Translations under genes and position numbers: made by a program
Source: Macrostomum hystrix
Taxonomy: Eukaryota; Animalia; Platyhelminthes
Direction: 5' to 3'
Assembly (NCBI GenBank): GCA_950097015.1
Contig: CATNEN010000024.1
Span: forward strand, 2,294,001-2,358,000
Length of the DNA: 64,000 bases
Notes under the pieces: generated by a model
The model's database searches: none
Told to the model about the DNA's origin: nothing
The model's input: the letters and a program-made list of their open reading frames with translations, nothing else
Shown here: in pieces, positions 48,392 through 60,967 of the stretch
Position numbering within the stretch: the first letter of the stretch is position 1
How the letters are laid out: every line of letters begins with the position of its first letter

Positions 48392-49194
48392 ACTATTTAC
48401 GGAATTATCGTAACGAAACCCACAACATTTATGTACTGTAAATTGAGAAAATCTAGCAATTAATGATTGTTGAGCAAAGACTAAAAAACTCTAGTTAAGT
48501 AATAAAGAACAGTACACTAGGAAAGGAAGAATGTTTTTTTAAGATTTGGTTTTAACTAAGGCTGCTATTTATTAAAAACAAATAACAAATACCACTACAC
48601 AGGCAGATAATGCAGAAAGGTAATGACACATATGTTCCAAAACAAAATAAATATGGTGCCAAAAAATAGTATCTGAACAATTAGTCTTAAATAAATTAGA
48701 AAGCAAAAATAATTGCATAAAAATTCATTTAGATATTTCATATCTAGAGCTATAAATAGGTTATACCTACATTATCATTAATTTAATAGCTAAGAACTTA
48801 AAATGCATCAGAACATCTCGTCAAAATGTATTTGCCTCATAAGCTTCCTGGAATGTTAGAATTTTGAATAGATTCAAGACACCGGACATGATTTTAGGAT
48901 ACAAACCGAAAACATTGATAGGAACAAAATTTATATATACAAATTTTTACACAATTAAAGGGAAAATATTGCGCTAAAACATATTTAAGTTTTGTCAACT
49001 GTAAAATATTGTTTGAAACGTGTAGTTCAAGGAAATGTTTTCTCGTAAATTTCGAAACATGAACACGGCATGCAAATATTTTATAATATATTTTAGATCA
49101 CAATTCACGGCCTAACGAATCGTGTTCGTGTTCGAAGTAGAACTGTTAGGTTTTATCGACATTTTTAGTTCACTGTTTTAGATATTGTTAAGTA

Positions 49195-52100
49195 ATGAAC
49201 ATGTTTACTTCAGGCATTACAGACTTACAGAGTAAGTGGCTTTCAGTATGCTCACATTTTTTAAGTTAAACTGTAAATGCTCATACAAACAAACAATCTA
49301 ACAATGCCTTCAGTTACATTATATATTATATGCATTTTGATTGCTTTAGTCTTTAAATCAGCTTTCAAAAGTTTCAATTATAGCAAAGAGGATTATAATT
49401 TATTTGATGCTTGATGCTTAGATGTTTTTTACAGAGAGTATCACATAGCTGGGTCCTGCAGCTAAGCAAAGCTTACTTTAGGCTTTAGCTATGGCTATAC
49501 TAAGTCTAGCCTATAGTAGGGGCTACAGTGAGAAAAAAAATAATTTGATACAATTTTTTGGTTGTTCTATTTAACAGACACCTCACTAATCAAAACAATC
49601 AAACTTTTAATAAAAAGATTTAACTATTTGTTTCAATTTTTAGGTTCAGTAAAAGTTATTTTTTTATATTATGGGTTGTGCTGCAGGATCCTAGAATTTT
49701 TGTCTATTTTTTTCATCAACTAAGAGTTGACAAAAATTCATTGGTAGCTGGAATGTTTGTCAACTACCAATAGGAACAATGGAATCTTTGTCAACTATCA
49801 ATGAGAAATGTTGAATTTTCGTCAACTGGGTGCCATTGGATGCATTGTAACTGTAATTACTTACATGATATGTATTTTATTACTTAAAGGAATTCAACTT
49901 GCCAGTCGTGCTACATTTTCTTTTTTGTTTTTCACTTCCAACTTCGGAAGTAACTATGCAGTAAACATGTCTTTATTGTTTATTGTCCATTGTATTACTT
50001 TTACAATGTTAAAAATGCGAGAATGGTAAAATTGCAAGAGAAATAGAATAGCTAAGCTAATGTCTATTTGCACTGCGGCTCTATGGAGCATGTTGTTGTG
50101 TTTGCGAAAGTACTAATATATTACTTAGTGCTTTCTGAACCACTGTCATTGTTTTTTGCAAATGCACCCAGTTTGCTAGACTTACTAACAAATGTACATT
50201 CTTTTGCAAAAGTATTTGAAACATATGCATATGAGGGGCAAGTGGGTCAGCAGCTAGCGTCACTGCCTTGCACTCCAATGGATGCTAGTTCAATTCTCCC
50301 TCTAAGTCACGATTAATTTTGGGACCTGTTGGAGGGTTTGGACAGTAGTGACTGGCGGAGGTGCACTATATTTCATGCAATCAAAGCTTGAAATAATAGC
50401 TTTGCTTATCTTTCTGTGTGCCTATTCTGAGTTGTGTGAGTTGAATACGTTGGCACTGGGGCGTGAGGCCTTGCAGGGGGTGGCTGGAGGCGGGTGTACA
50501 CCGCTGCATGCTTTCTGGATTTCCGTCAGCACGATTGGATAAGTGTACACTCATCACCCAACCTCCCCTTGAGGACTGATTTCTCATCAGCCTTCTGCCC
50601 TGGCTTGGTCTGCTCTGTGCGTGTGGGGCTAGGGTCGGGGGCACTGCTGCCTATTCTGGGTGCCTCCTGCCCTCCCTGGCTAGTCTGTGCTGCTGTGTGT
50701 GGTGCCTGCTCAGGGGAGGTGGCCCAATGGGAGCTAAGCACCTAGTTTGCCAGTCTGGGGGTGTGCTGCTCTGTCGCTTGTGGGACAAGTGCCCTGGGCC
50801 CCGTGCACATAGATAGATAGAGAACATATGCATATAAACTGATATTACTTTATGAATGAATGGGTGGACAACATCTTCATTAACTAAAAAGTCTACAACA
50901 TACTATATTATTTCTAAGAATAGGTATGTACTCTTGTGAGATTACCATAGGATATAAACAATGGAACTATTTAAAGAATTTCGAGAAAATGTCATTCAAT
51001 GTAACCAAAGTACTTTTGCAAAAATACTGCTTCTACCTTTGTTTGAATACGTATCAGAATTTTTGTGGAAATGCTTACAGAAATAGTAGCCTGGAGTATT
51101 CTACCAGAAGCCTGGGGATAGTAAGCTGGCTGTGGAACTTTTGTCAACAGGCAGTGGAAGATCTGGAATATTTGTTGACTGCAGAAATGTGGGTTCGAAC
51201 ATTTGGCAACCAAGTTGGCAAAAAAAAGTTAACAAAAATTCCATAAACTGTGCTGCAGACTACCTAGTACCAGATAGATTTTAGCTTGATTTCAGAAAAA
51301 TTGGTATAAATTTTCTATTTACAGATTTTATTAGTTCCAAAAGAAAATATATTACTATGTTATGGAATATATTGATTGTATTAATATTCTGGTAGCTTTT
51401 TAGACCAAATAAGTTAATATTCAAACTCAGAATCACATAAAATAAAAAGTAATATATGACTTTGCCAACATTTGAAGAAATGATATCAAATTATATAAAT
51501 TGAACAACATGAACAAGACTGTCATAGCTTTGACTAGCTATACAGATAAACAGGTCATTACATTACCTTCTTTCTAATTGGCCGATATTAAGGTAGGGGT
51601 CCACTTGTGCATTTCAGAAGATAGGATAACAAGGGGTTGCTTAAGACTATTATTTCACTAAATGTTTTCTGTCAAGAATGTGCTAATTTAAACAAAAATG
51701 ATGGTCTTACTAAAGGCTACACTAATTTCGATATAGTCAGTAGCACATTATTATAGAGTTAATTATGTTATAATCATATGAAAGAGTTTGAGTATAACAG
51801 AGCTCTTGTAAGCAAATATCAATATATAAATATATTTATATACTGTATATACTTGCAGGGAAGTATTCTAGTTAGCTACTTTTAGTCGATATATATATAT
51901 ATTAAATAGTTAATTTTATCCTGGACTATATAAAAATATATTCTTAGCTTTTAGCACCTCTCTGCATTATTTTCTTGTACTTCATTTTTTTAGAAATTGG
52001 AATTGGCCTCTCTGGATTCGGCACGGTGTTTGTATTTCTTGGAATTCTATTGTTCTTCGATCGTGGCCTTCTTGCTATTGGAAATGTGAGTTTATTTGCA

Positions 52101-52495
52101 AAGACAGGATTTTGCTTGCTTGATTATTTTGACACAGTGATTATTATTGATGTATTAGTGAATGCAACATTTCAACATTCTCAGATCCTATTCCTGACTG
52201 GAATCTGCTTTGTGATTGGTCTTGAGCGAACCTTTCACTTCTTCTTCAAGCTGGATAAGCTGAAAGGCACCACATTCTTCTTTGGCGGCATTCTAGTGGT
52301 CCTATTTTTCTCGCCAATCCTAGGCATGCTTTTTGAATTTTACGGATTCTTCCTTCTATTCAGGTGAATCTCATTGTTTTTTGTCTCGCTAGCATGCCTC
52401 AAATAGTTTAAAATCGTGATTCTTGTTTTCATCATTTCAGTGGCTTCTTTCCCGTTGTACTTAACTTTGTGTCTCGCGTTCCAATCATTGGACCA
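49195..52495 (+). CDS. GOLT1B: Vesicle transport protein GOT1; exons 49195-49231, 51994-52085, 52185-52363, 52441-52495; last exon(s) not resolved (candidate 53940-53966)
   Basis: MNMFTSGITDLQK|IGIGLSGFGTVFVFLGILLFFDRGLLAIGN|ILFLTGICFVIGLERTFHFFF...EFYGFFLLFS|GFFPVVLNFVSRVPIIGP. Phases are consistent and the introns fall where expected for Got1. Confidence 0.92.
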
Positions 52496-54324
52496 GTGAG
52501 TACTTTGGTGTGATATTTTATAATCTTGTCCTATTAATGCATATTACATCTAGTTGCAGAAAGAATTTCATAGATAGACTTCTTTTCAGACTGATTTGAT
52601 AATTAGGTTCACCATGAAAAGCAGACAACTAAAAAATCTGAATTGTAATAATAAGTAGGTTCCCATGATTTATGACAAAGAGTGCTTCAGCCTGTTCTGG
52701 AGAGTTATTTAATTAGGTTTATAGTCTTCGTCATTAAGTCCGAAGGGTCACAAGCTCCCTAAGCTGCTAAATTCTCTCCTCAAATATCCCAGATAAGCTC
52801 TTTGTTTAATAATATATTCTCTACCTAAAAGAAAAATAATATTAATAATTGATTCTGCAAGTTCCACTGATTTGAAACCCAATACAAACAGGTCGGGAGT
52901 TCTCTTTCAAAAAAGGCAATGAAACTAAATCCCAAGTGCTTCAATTGACACGACTGTAAAATGGGTATTGGAATTAACGGGTGTAGAAATGGTTGAGTGT
53001 GTCGACCTGCACTGTGACTTTACCATTGGCCGTACATCTGGCTTAATATAGGGCTGGGTGGGATTTTTTTTACCCAGCCCTATAGATTACCTACCCAGCC
53101 CTACCCAAAGATTCAGCTAGCCAATTATTAAGTGTCAATCTAACAAAATGTCAACACCAAAACTCTCATAAATTTCAGCTCCTGGACAAGTGGCGAACGG
53201 CAAGAAACCCAGTATGATTGGTGGACTTAGTTTTTTTTCTAGCTCACTTTCTTATCAATCTGCCAGTTAATTACCTTTCTATTGACTCAAACTTGCATTG
53301 ATTGTTTAATTTAGCGTATTTGTGCCCCAATGCAGGTGAAAATAAACTGTTTTGTTTATTTGATTTCGGTACTTTTACTGCGATAACTTTCGTGTGTTTT
53401 AGATTAGCTAAGATGATTATCTTTGTGCATGCTGCATATCACGGGTAGGCTTTGTAACCTGGTAAATTCTTGAGCAATATTTATCCTAGTTGTCAAAACT
53501 CCACACTCATGAGGACTCTCGGATTAGATTATTCAATGGAAGTTGTTGATTTCAACAAAAAATACATCATTTAGCTTAAGATTTATTCTTTTTCCTGCTT
53601 TCTCAATTTGCTTTGAGTTGCTCATCCCGTTTAGGCTCTGGATTACAATTAGGGGACTTCAGTGCCTTCACCAGTCAGGTGTTTTTTAGTTTCGAAAGAA
53701 AAAAAGGAATTTTAGCCAGAGCCCTCTATATATTTCATTTATGCTGTCTTGACAAATAAAAAATTGCTGATTTATCTGTTAATGAAATATAACCATCGCT
53801 TTGACTGCTAGCTGTGCATTATTCTATTTGTTGTCGGTTCTGTGTATTTACAATCGCTTGATCATCACGGCATCAACTGTAAATAGTGTTGAATTGTTTT
53901 ATTCCTAATTTTACGAGAACAACTACTTAATAATTGCAGGACTTGGAAAAGGGCAACTCCTGGTAGCTTCAGACAAAATCTTAGTGTTTAAAAAATATCT
54001 AGGTAAGCAGTTTAGACTTGATGCACAGAAAAACATGATCGTGCTTTGCTGCCTAGCTCTCATAATACATATTATACCGCAATTCTGGTTTCGGGTTTTT
54101 TGGCTGTAACACTGTTTTGAATTATATTGACTTCCAATTTGCTTAATATATCTGCTAACGAATATATATATACTCGTATATACATGTTTTTTATACCAGT
54201 AACCTTGGAATGAGTTTCCTTAAATATTGTTTTATTGTGTTTGTGTAACACCGACTGCTTTTTGTGAGAACATAAACAACCTGACAATACATTATATAAC
54301 AAGTTTATAATAATGGTTAGCGGT

Positions 54325-54480
54325 GAGTGAATTGTGACCGCGGTCTAACGCGTTTACCTGTCCCACTAAGTCCCTGAGCTCGATTCCGCAGCCAGGTCAC
54401 ATTCATTTGCTTGTTGCTTCTGTGATTTACACCCTTATAAGCCAACCTCCAAGACAAAAAAGTCAGGGCAGATGTACACA
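54325..54480 (+). mobile_element. tRNA-derived SINE relic
   Basis: A-box-like TGACCGCGGTCTAA and B-box-like GAGCTCGATTCC with tRNA-like spacing. Confidence 0.45.
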
Positions 54481-56316
54481 CCTGTGTGTGTGCCTGCGTT
54501 CAGTATCTGCGCGCTTGTGTGGTCATTATCAGCAAAATGGGCACAGGGTTAGCTACAACTACAATAGTAGTTTGGAAGGAAAGCAAATATGAAATGATTT
54601 GAAGCGGCGCAGTTGTCAATAAAAGCGTCTACTGCATTTCCATGCTGCTAAAAAACTAATAAACTGATCATCAAAATCTTGCGATCGTAGGAAAGTGCTG
54701 TCGTTCGATATAATTTTTATAAAAATCACATTTTTCCTAGGTAGGCAATATGCAATGTGTCAAGGGTGAACCGTTGGAGCCAGGGGCGACCCAGTAACCC
54801 TGCAGATTGGATCTTTGAGAATAATTCTTGCCCAGGTTTCGAAAGACTGAGATCGATCGCTTCACAACATCTCAATCCTTAATATCCAAAGTTGTGTACC
54901 GTTTTAAGTCCGGTCAATACTGTACACAAAAAAAATTTTTTTCTTTTTAGAGCAAACTGGTAAATGCGATAAAAACCGCTATTACGTATCTTTTGACACT
55001 AATGCTTAAACGAGGTTTCAACGACACCAAGATCGTGATGCTCAGTTCTATTGGACAGTTATTTAATCATTTTGTCTTACAACTCGTAGCAACTTCAACG
55101 TCAGTAAAATTTATAATTCCAATAAATATTCTGCCGCTTCAGCTTGCAATTTGCATCGCACCTGCGCAGGCGGCAGCTGATCGTGCGAGGTACAGATGTG
55201 CAGCTTCCAGCAGTCTAATACCAGTAGCTAGAACCTGAACTATTATTTTTAATTTTTCAATGTTTTGTGGTGATAGCTAACATTCAAATTGCTGTTTAGT
55301 TGTCCGTGCTCTGCACGTTTTTCTAGGCGAACTGATGGATTTTGTGTCCGTGAAATTATATAAATATTCTAATTGTTAAGCATTAACAAATATATAGTGT
55401 GCAGATTGCCATAATTACATTTTTTATTAAGCTTTACTGTCTTAATTAAATATCGATCGACTATAGCATGTACTAAGCGTATTTACTAAGCTATTTGTAG
55501 GAACAACAAAAGTTGTTTCGTTGTTAGTTAGCATATATGTTAATTAGGCTAGCTAAGATGCTGATGCAGACTTACTTGAGCTTAAATGTATTTGAAAGGA
55601 ATTGAGCAGCAAGCAAACTAACAAACTCGAATCGATTGTGCTAATTGCAAAGCAAGGGACCAATCAGCGATGGTCGCACCGTATTTTTTAGGTTCGTATC
55701 GACTTATTCAAATAAGCATAATGTGGCACAAATCATACTGTTGTACAGGATAGATAGGAAATAGCGAATTGTAAACCAATTAAAGCGGAACTGATAATGG
55801 ATGAATTTATAAGAAACGAATTATCAAAATGTAAGCACCAGAGTCCACAAAAAGTTGAATAGAAAGGTAATAGAAAACACAGTTAGTTGAATTAGGAAAG
55901 CAACATAAGGCAGAATGAAATCAGGCTAATCGTGGAATGTTGCTTAATTGCGTGCAAAAATTTGGAATGCTTTAAACAATTGTTGAAATCCTACAAGCTA
56001 ATATATAAGACACAAACAAGTTTACAATAAAGGTTGATATGAGCATAGCATTAGAAGCATAGTTGCGTTACAATGCAAAACGACTGCATAACTTAAAACT
56101 GATATCAAACAGTTCAGGGGTTAAAATGTGTAAGCGTTATGAATGATATTCGGAATCGTAGCCAATGCTAACATTTTCTTGCATATCATCCTGTATTCAT
56201 TTTTGCTAGCTGAGTGTAATTCCAAATTGAATTTTTTATAAATTATAAATTGACACAAAACGCGTATAGCATGCAGCTCATTTGGAGCACAAAAAAGTGT
56301 AACTCCTCAGGTCAAC

Positions 56317-59300
56317 TCAGGCCTGCGCATAGTACTCGGAGCCAGCGTAGGACACCGGGCCATAGTTGGGATCGTTCGCCGGTACGCCCTGATATTGGAA
56401 GCCGATGGGCATACCGACAGCTTCGTTTGGATCTTTGGCCTCCGGATTAGCGAGCTCTTCGGCTATCTCGCACGAGTAAGAATAGATAACAATGCAGAAG
56501 CCCACCTGGAAATGAGGATTTGCAAGGTCCAACTAAATCAGGCATTGTACTTGTAAACAGTAGAGCTAACAATGGGATTCCGCCTGACAATTTTTGTGCT
56601 GCACCCGAGCGGAGCAACGCAAGCACACGACACTTGAGAGCATTTTGTTGCGCATCTTTTGAACCAAGAATCAAATCGCCAGCTTTTCTGGCCATCGAGA
56701 TATTTAATGGTTCTGGCTTCTGGACGAAGGTCAGTGCGGCCTTGCCAGGTCTTCAAAATTTATCAGCATGTCACCCGAATGTGCCTGCATTATCTCCGTC
56801 TTCGGTGGTCATCTAGACGGACTGCTGGACCTTCAAGGGCTACAACAGGTGGAACTAGGCCACTATAGCGCTGACGCGAATTCCTTTATTTTCACTGGTC
56901 AAGTTAAAAACTAGACGCAGCTCAACCACAGGTCACACTCGCCAAGTCTATCAACGCTGATAGCATTCAGGCGCTGCCACAAAAATTATTAGGGAAGGGG
57001 GAAATCTATTGGTACAAAAACGGTCGGCAAAATGGCTTGGTTGTCACACTGATGAGGATAGCAGGATAGGAAAGCTGAAGCGCAGAGGTTAGAGAACTCT
57101 TATCTTCCATCATATAAGGACCTATGTAAAAGCGGGAAGCATTTGGTTAAATGGAACAACTAACACATCACTACAAATATCAATTAAAGGCATGCTTATT
57201 GTAAGGCGATCTTACGTTACACAGGAAGCGAATCAAGTAGAACAGATTTCTCCACACAAGGAAAGGTAGGCGCTGAAAAAAACAAAACAAAACATTCATT
57301 AGTTATCTGTGGAGTTCAAGTTTAGTATTTTCATTTTAGTCAAATTAGTAACTTTAAAGTCACTTACCCAACCAGCAAGGCCATACCAAGAGAACACATA
57401 GCAGCTGATACCCAGTTCAACAAGGATGTACAAAATCAGTGTTATGTACAAAGCCTTTAAAGTAGGCAGTAAATCATAAATTTTCTAAAAAGAAATAATT
57501 AAGGAGGAAATTATAAGTACCTGCTGAGCATTTTATAAGGATTTAATTAAGGGATGCCAGAAAGCTTCATTACTCACAAATCTGCCAGGCCTCAAGATAG
57601 CAACAATGGTGAAAATGCACAGAGCAATGATGATTACATGTGCCAATGTCATGATGCCATCACAGATTGCGAAGCCTTTCCAAAAGAGACGCTTCCAAAA
57701 TGAGCGAAATGCTCCATGAATCTCAAACTTCAGGTTCTCATCGTAAGTTAACCAGTCCAGGAAGACAGTGATGGCTTCTACCAGTGCAGTAATCTAAAGT
57801 GCCAATTAGAATGTAGCTTTGGCTTATGACAATAAAAAAAAACATAAAATATTCCTAAAATTATGCTAAACTTCATGCTAAAATAATATCAGGGTGGCTG
57901 ACTCTAAGTATGAAAAAAGCACTCTAAGTTGTAATTAAAAACTCATGCTAAAATTCTCTGATAGAATTACCAACAAATATTTAATCTTAGGACTAATTTT
58001 ATTTAGAATTGCATCTAGATTTTCTGATACAATAAAAATTCTGAAGTTGAAGTGAAAGAAAGAGCTTGGTTGAGTTTATCTAACTTATAAATAACTTAAC
58101 TTACAGTTACTAAAAATTATTCAGTCTAAAATCTTCAATACTGAAAGTTAGACTTACGATAACTTAAACGGTAAGTTAATAACTGTAAATAACTGTAAGT
58201 TAAGTTATCTTAAGTCTAACTTTCAGTATTGAAGATTTTAGACTGAATAATTTTGAGTAAGCAAGTGTTTTTGGAGAAGTGAATATAAAGTGAAGGGAAT
58301 AGTGTGTTGAGATTACACAAATTTAATCTATCCAAATCCAAGCCTATTAAAAAAGGAAAAATATAGTGTCTTCTATAGTCCAGATCATGGCATGGTGTAC
58401 ATGGAATTAAATTTATCATTTTAAATATATGCTAAGAAACACTCCTTGTATGCCAAATCCTAAAAATTTTGTGGAAAAATTCAAATTAAAAAATACATAA
58501 TAGGAAAAAAACTTTTTATTTCTTAATTAAAAAAAGAAATTGACAAAAGCCTAAATAAAAGAAATGAAACATTTTAAAGTCAAGTGTAAAAATGATGTAG
58601 AGTTTCAAAGTTAGAACAGAACCATCCTTCCCCACATCGTGTTGGCACCTGCCTTGGTGCACAAGTAAGCTGCTAATGAGCCTCAGAAAATGCGGTATTA
58701 GCAGCTTCAGGAGTTAGCAGAGCTTAACTGGGCAAAATATTAAGTTGGCTAGCTCTCTGTGCACAGCTTTCTAGTCAGCTGCAGTTGCCTAGGCCACATT
58801 CCCCATTTTGGTAAGCAATCCAAATAAGCAGAATGAAGTTAAATTTCATGTTAAAAGCAAAGTAACATTTTCTCACTCCCTCTCCCCTCTGCCTCCTTTT
58901 ATTGGCCTATTTTTTCTTTGTGACTTTGTGCCTTTCAAACTTTGTGCCAAGAATATTTACACATTTATATTTTACTTATTTAATACTATGTGAATACACT
59001 ATATTAGATAGGTATTAGATGACAGTCTTTGTGGTTGTAACCCTTAGTCTCGAAGATGTAGTGTACGCTGGAATTCCTCTGGCATACACCATGGCTTAGA
59101 CCAATTTGGTGTACAGTTTCTGGCATACAAAAACTGAAAAAATATAATGGCATACAAGTGTCTACAAGTAACAACTGAACAAGCGCAACTTTAATTGGCA
59201 TACAGTATTATAAAAGCCAAACAAAATGTAACTCGTAAGATAGGCCCTAACGTAAGACATTAAAATTTTTATATTCTCTGCTTGCAAATATATCTTAGTT

Positions 59301-60127
59301 TGTTTTGTAAAAAAACTAATTAATCAGTGCCAGCAAATAAAATGTAATGATTATTACACAGTTTGCAGAAGTGAATTTGTTTATTTTGTTATACCTTTAT
59401 CATGCATTTCTTTTTATTAATAATATAAATTACTTCAATTGAAATGTATTTTTTAAGTAGCATACATATATTTTTTTGTTCATTTCGTCATTTGCAAATT
59501 TGCTTTTGGTGTAAAATTATTTTGCTGAAAAACATTGGCATATAACGGCGTACATTACATTTTATTTTACTTTCTGCCTCTGGGGTACACATAGCATGAT
59601 CAAGACTATGGGTTGTAACTCTGTCATTTTCTGGTCCAAAATCCAGAATGAGAAAGGAGGAGGGGACAGTCTCACTTCAGACTCTTTTTTACATATACTT
59701 GTACATTAACAGAAGCAACTGTTAATTGAGTCTACAGACTACAATGCTAATTATTAGTAGATGACGAACTGACCAAACTTTAAAGCACGCCGATTGGCTG
59801 GATGACGAAGTGTCCTACCTTTAAAGTGGTTGACGAAATTTTAGGCCTAAGATGACGAAGTGTCTAGTATTCGAAAATTCACTACATCCATGCATTGCAT
59901 GAACAAAAGTAGAATAGAAGAACAATTTGCCGTGCATATTAAAAAAGTAAAAAATGCATAAATCCTCTATTCATAAAATATACAGACAAAAAACTTATGG
60001 AATGTAAGAAACTTACTGAAATAATAATACATCCAATAAACGTGCCCATGCGATTGTCAAAGCAGAAACATTTCTTTAAAGGTAGAATTGGTTCTACGTC
60101 ATCGCGTTTGCGCAGTTTCCAGGTCAT
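56317..60127 (-). CDS. Uncharacterised four-transmembrane protein; exons 60127-60017, 57793-57578, 57484-57368, 57272-57216, 56505-56317; 229 aa
   Basis: All junctions are phase-0 GT-AG. There is a Cys-containing N-terminus (KKCFCFDNRMGTFIG), four hydrophobic segments, an LLP motif before TM3 and a Tyr-rich cytosolic tail. Family not identified. Confidence 0.82.
58113..58254. mobile_element. Small foldback/MITE-like inverted repeat in intron 1 of the 4TM gene
   Basis: 54-bp arms (58113-58166 and 58201-58254) with one mismatch and a 34-bp spacer. Confidence 0.75.
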
Positions 60128-60439
60128 TATAATATTTTGAAGACTAAAATGAACTGAGATAAAAATTATCAATAGTTCATATGCTCGCAGATTACCCAGA
60201 GTTATGCATGTAACTAAGACCGGGTCTTCCTGAAAAAACTATGAATTTAAAAAAAATCATAAGAAGTTAAAAAAGTAAATGTAACTTTTATCCAAGTAAA
60301 CGTTATTAAAATTTTACTTTTTTGTGTCAACAACGTAATGCTATGCTATTAGCTTAACAAAACAAATATGTTTTGTTTTACACAACTTAACGCTATTTAA
60401 ACCGCTAACAATTTTTTGATAGTTAAGGCATTGGCTAGA

Positions 60440-60967
60440 CTAGAGATCCGACATCGGACCCAAATGTTTAACGGCTAGAGTTCCTGCAGTTTTTTAACTA
60501 ACGTATTGTAGCTTTAGTTGATAAGGACGGTTAGCTCAGTCGGTAGAGTATGGTACTCCTAATTCCAGGGTCCTGGAATCAAGCCTAGGATATATATTTT
60601 TTTGCGGAAATCAGCAGAGTTTAACTTCTGTAAGTCTGGATAATTTTTTCAACTGAGTTAAAGCGATGCGAAGTTATTTCCCACAGTTTACATGTTTTAA
60701 AGTTAAAACTAGTTTTCGATAGTCGATATTTATGGAAAATATTGTATATGCTGACTACACAACTTTTGGCCTGTTCTCTGGTGCATAATAATGTTAGACA
60801 CTTCAAAAGACTTATTAATGTACAGTACACCAAAACTGCTTGCAGTTTCTGCTTAAAGAACCAGCTAGAAGCTCTCATTTCAATTCGTGTATAGTATTAG
60901 GTGCAGTAAAAACATTCTGCTGGAACTCTAGCCGTTTAACATTTCGGGTCCGGTGCCGGATCTCTAG
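60440..60967. mobile_element. MITE-like element with ~45-bp TIRs
   Basis: CTAGAGATCCG...ACGGCTAGAGTTCC (60440-60484) is inverted at 60922-60967. No clear TSD. Confidence 0.65.
60525..60590 (+). pseudogene. tRNA-Lys(CTT)-derived pseudogene or SINE head
   Basis: GACGGTTAGCTCAGTCGGTAGAGTATGGTACTCCTAATTCCAGGGTCCTGGAATCAAGCC aligns with eukaryotic tRNA-Lys-CTT. The anticodon, T-loop and acceptor stem are mutated. Confidence 0.75.

Larger units (their letters stand above)
43362..48427 (-). mobile_element. Full-length, very young Ty3/Gypsy LTR retrotransposon (Mag-like)
   Basis: 333-bp LTRs at 43362-43694 and 48095-48427 (TGTTGT...ACAACA) with one visible difference (43426 C vs 48159 T). TSD TTTAT. 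PBS TGGCGTCGCAAGCAGG (48085-48070, tRNA-Ser-like by inference). PPT GGTGGGGAGG (43704-43695). Confidence 0.98.

Noticed and set aside
53047-53084. 13-bp perfect hairpin TATAGGGCTGGGT...ACCCAGCCCTATA, and a similar 11-bp stem at 58667-58707
   Set aside because: These are isolated short inverted repeats, probably MITE scars, with no further structure or context.
56520-56880. Coding-like GC-richer segment in the last intron of the 4TM gene, with an acceptor at ~56872
   Set aside because: The in-phase reading stops after ~26 codons and shows no homology to the flanking exons. It cannot be supported as an alternative exon without cDNA.
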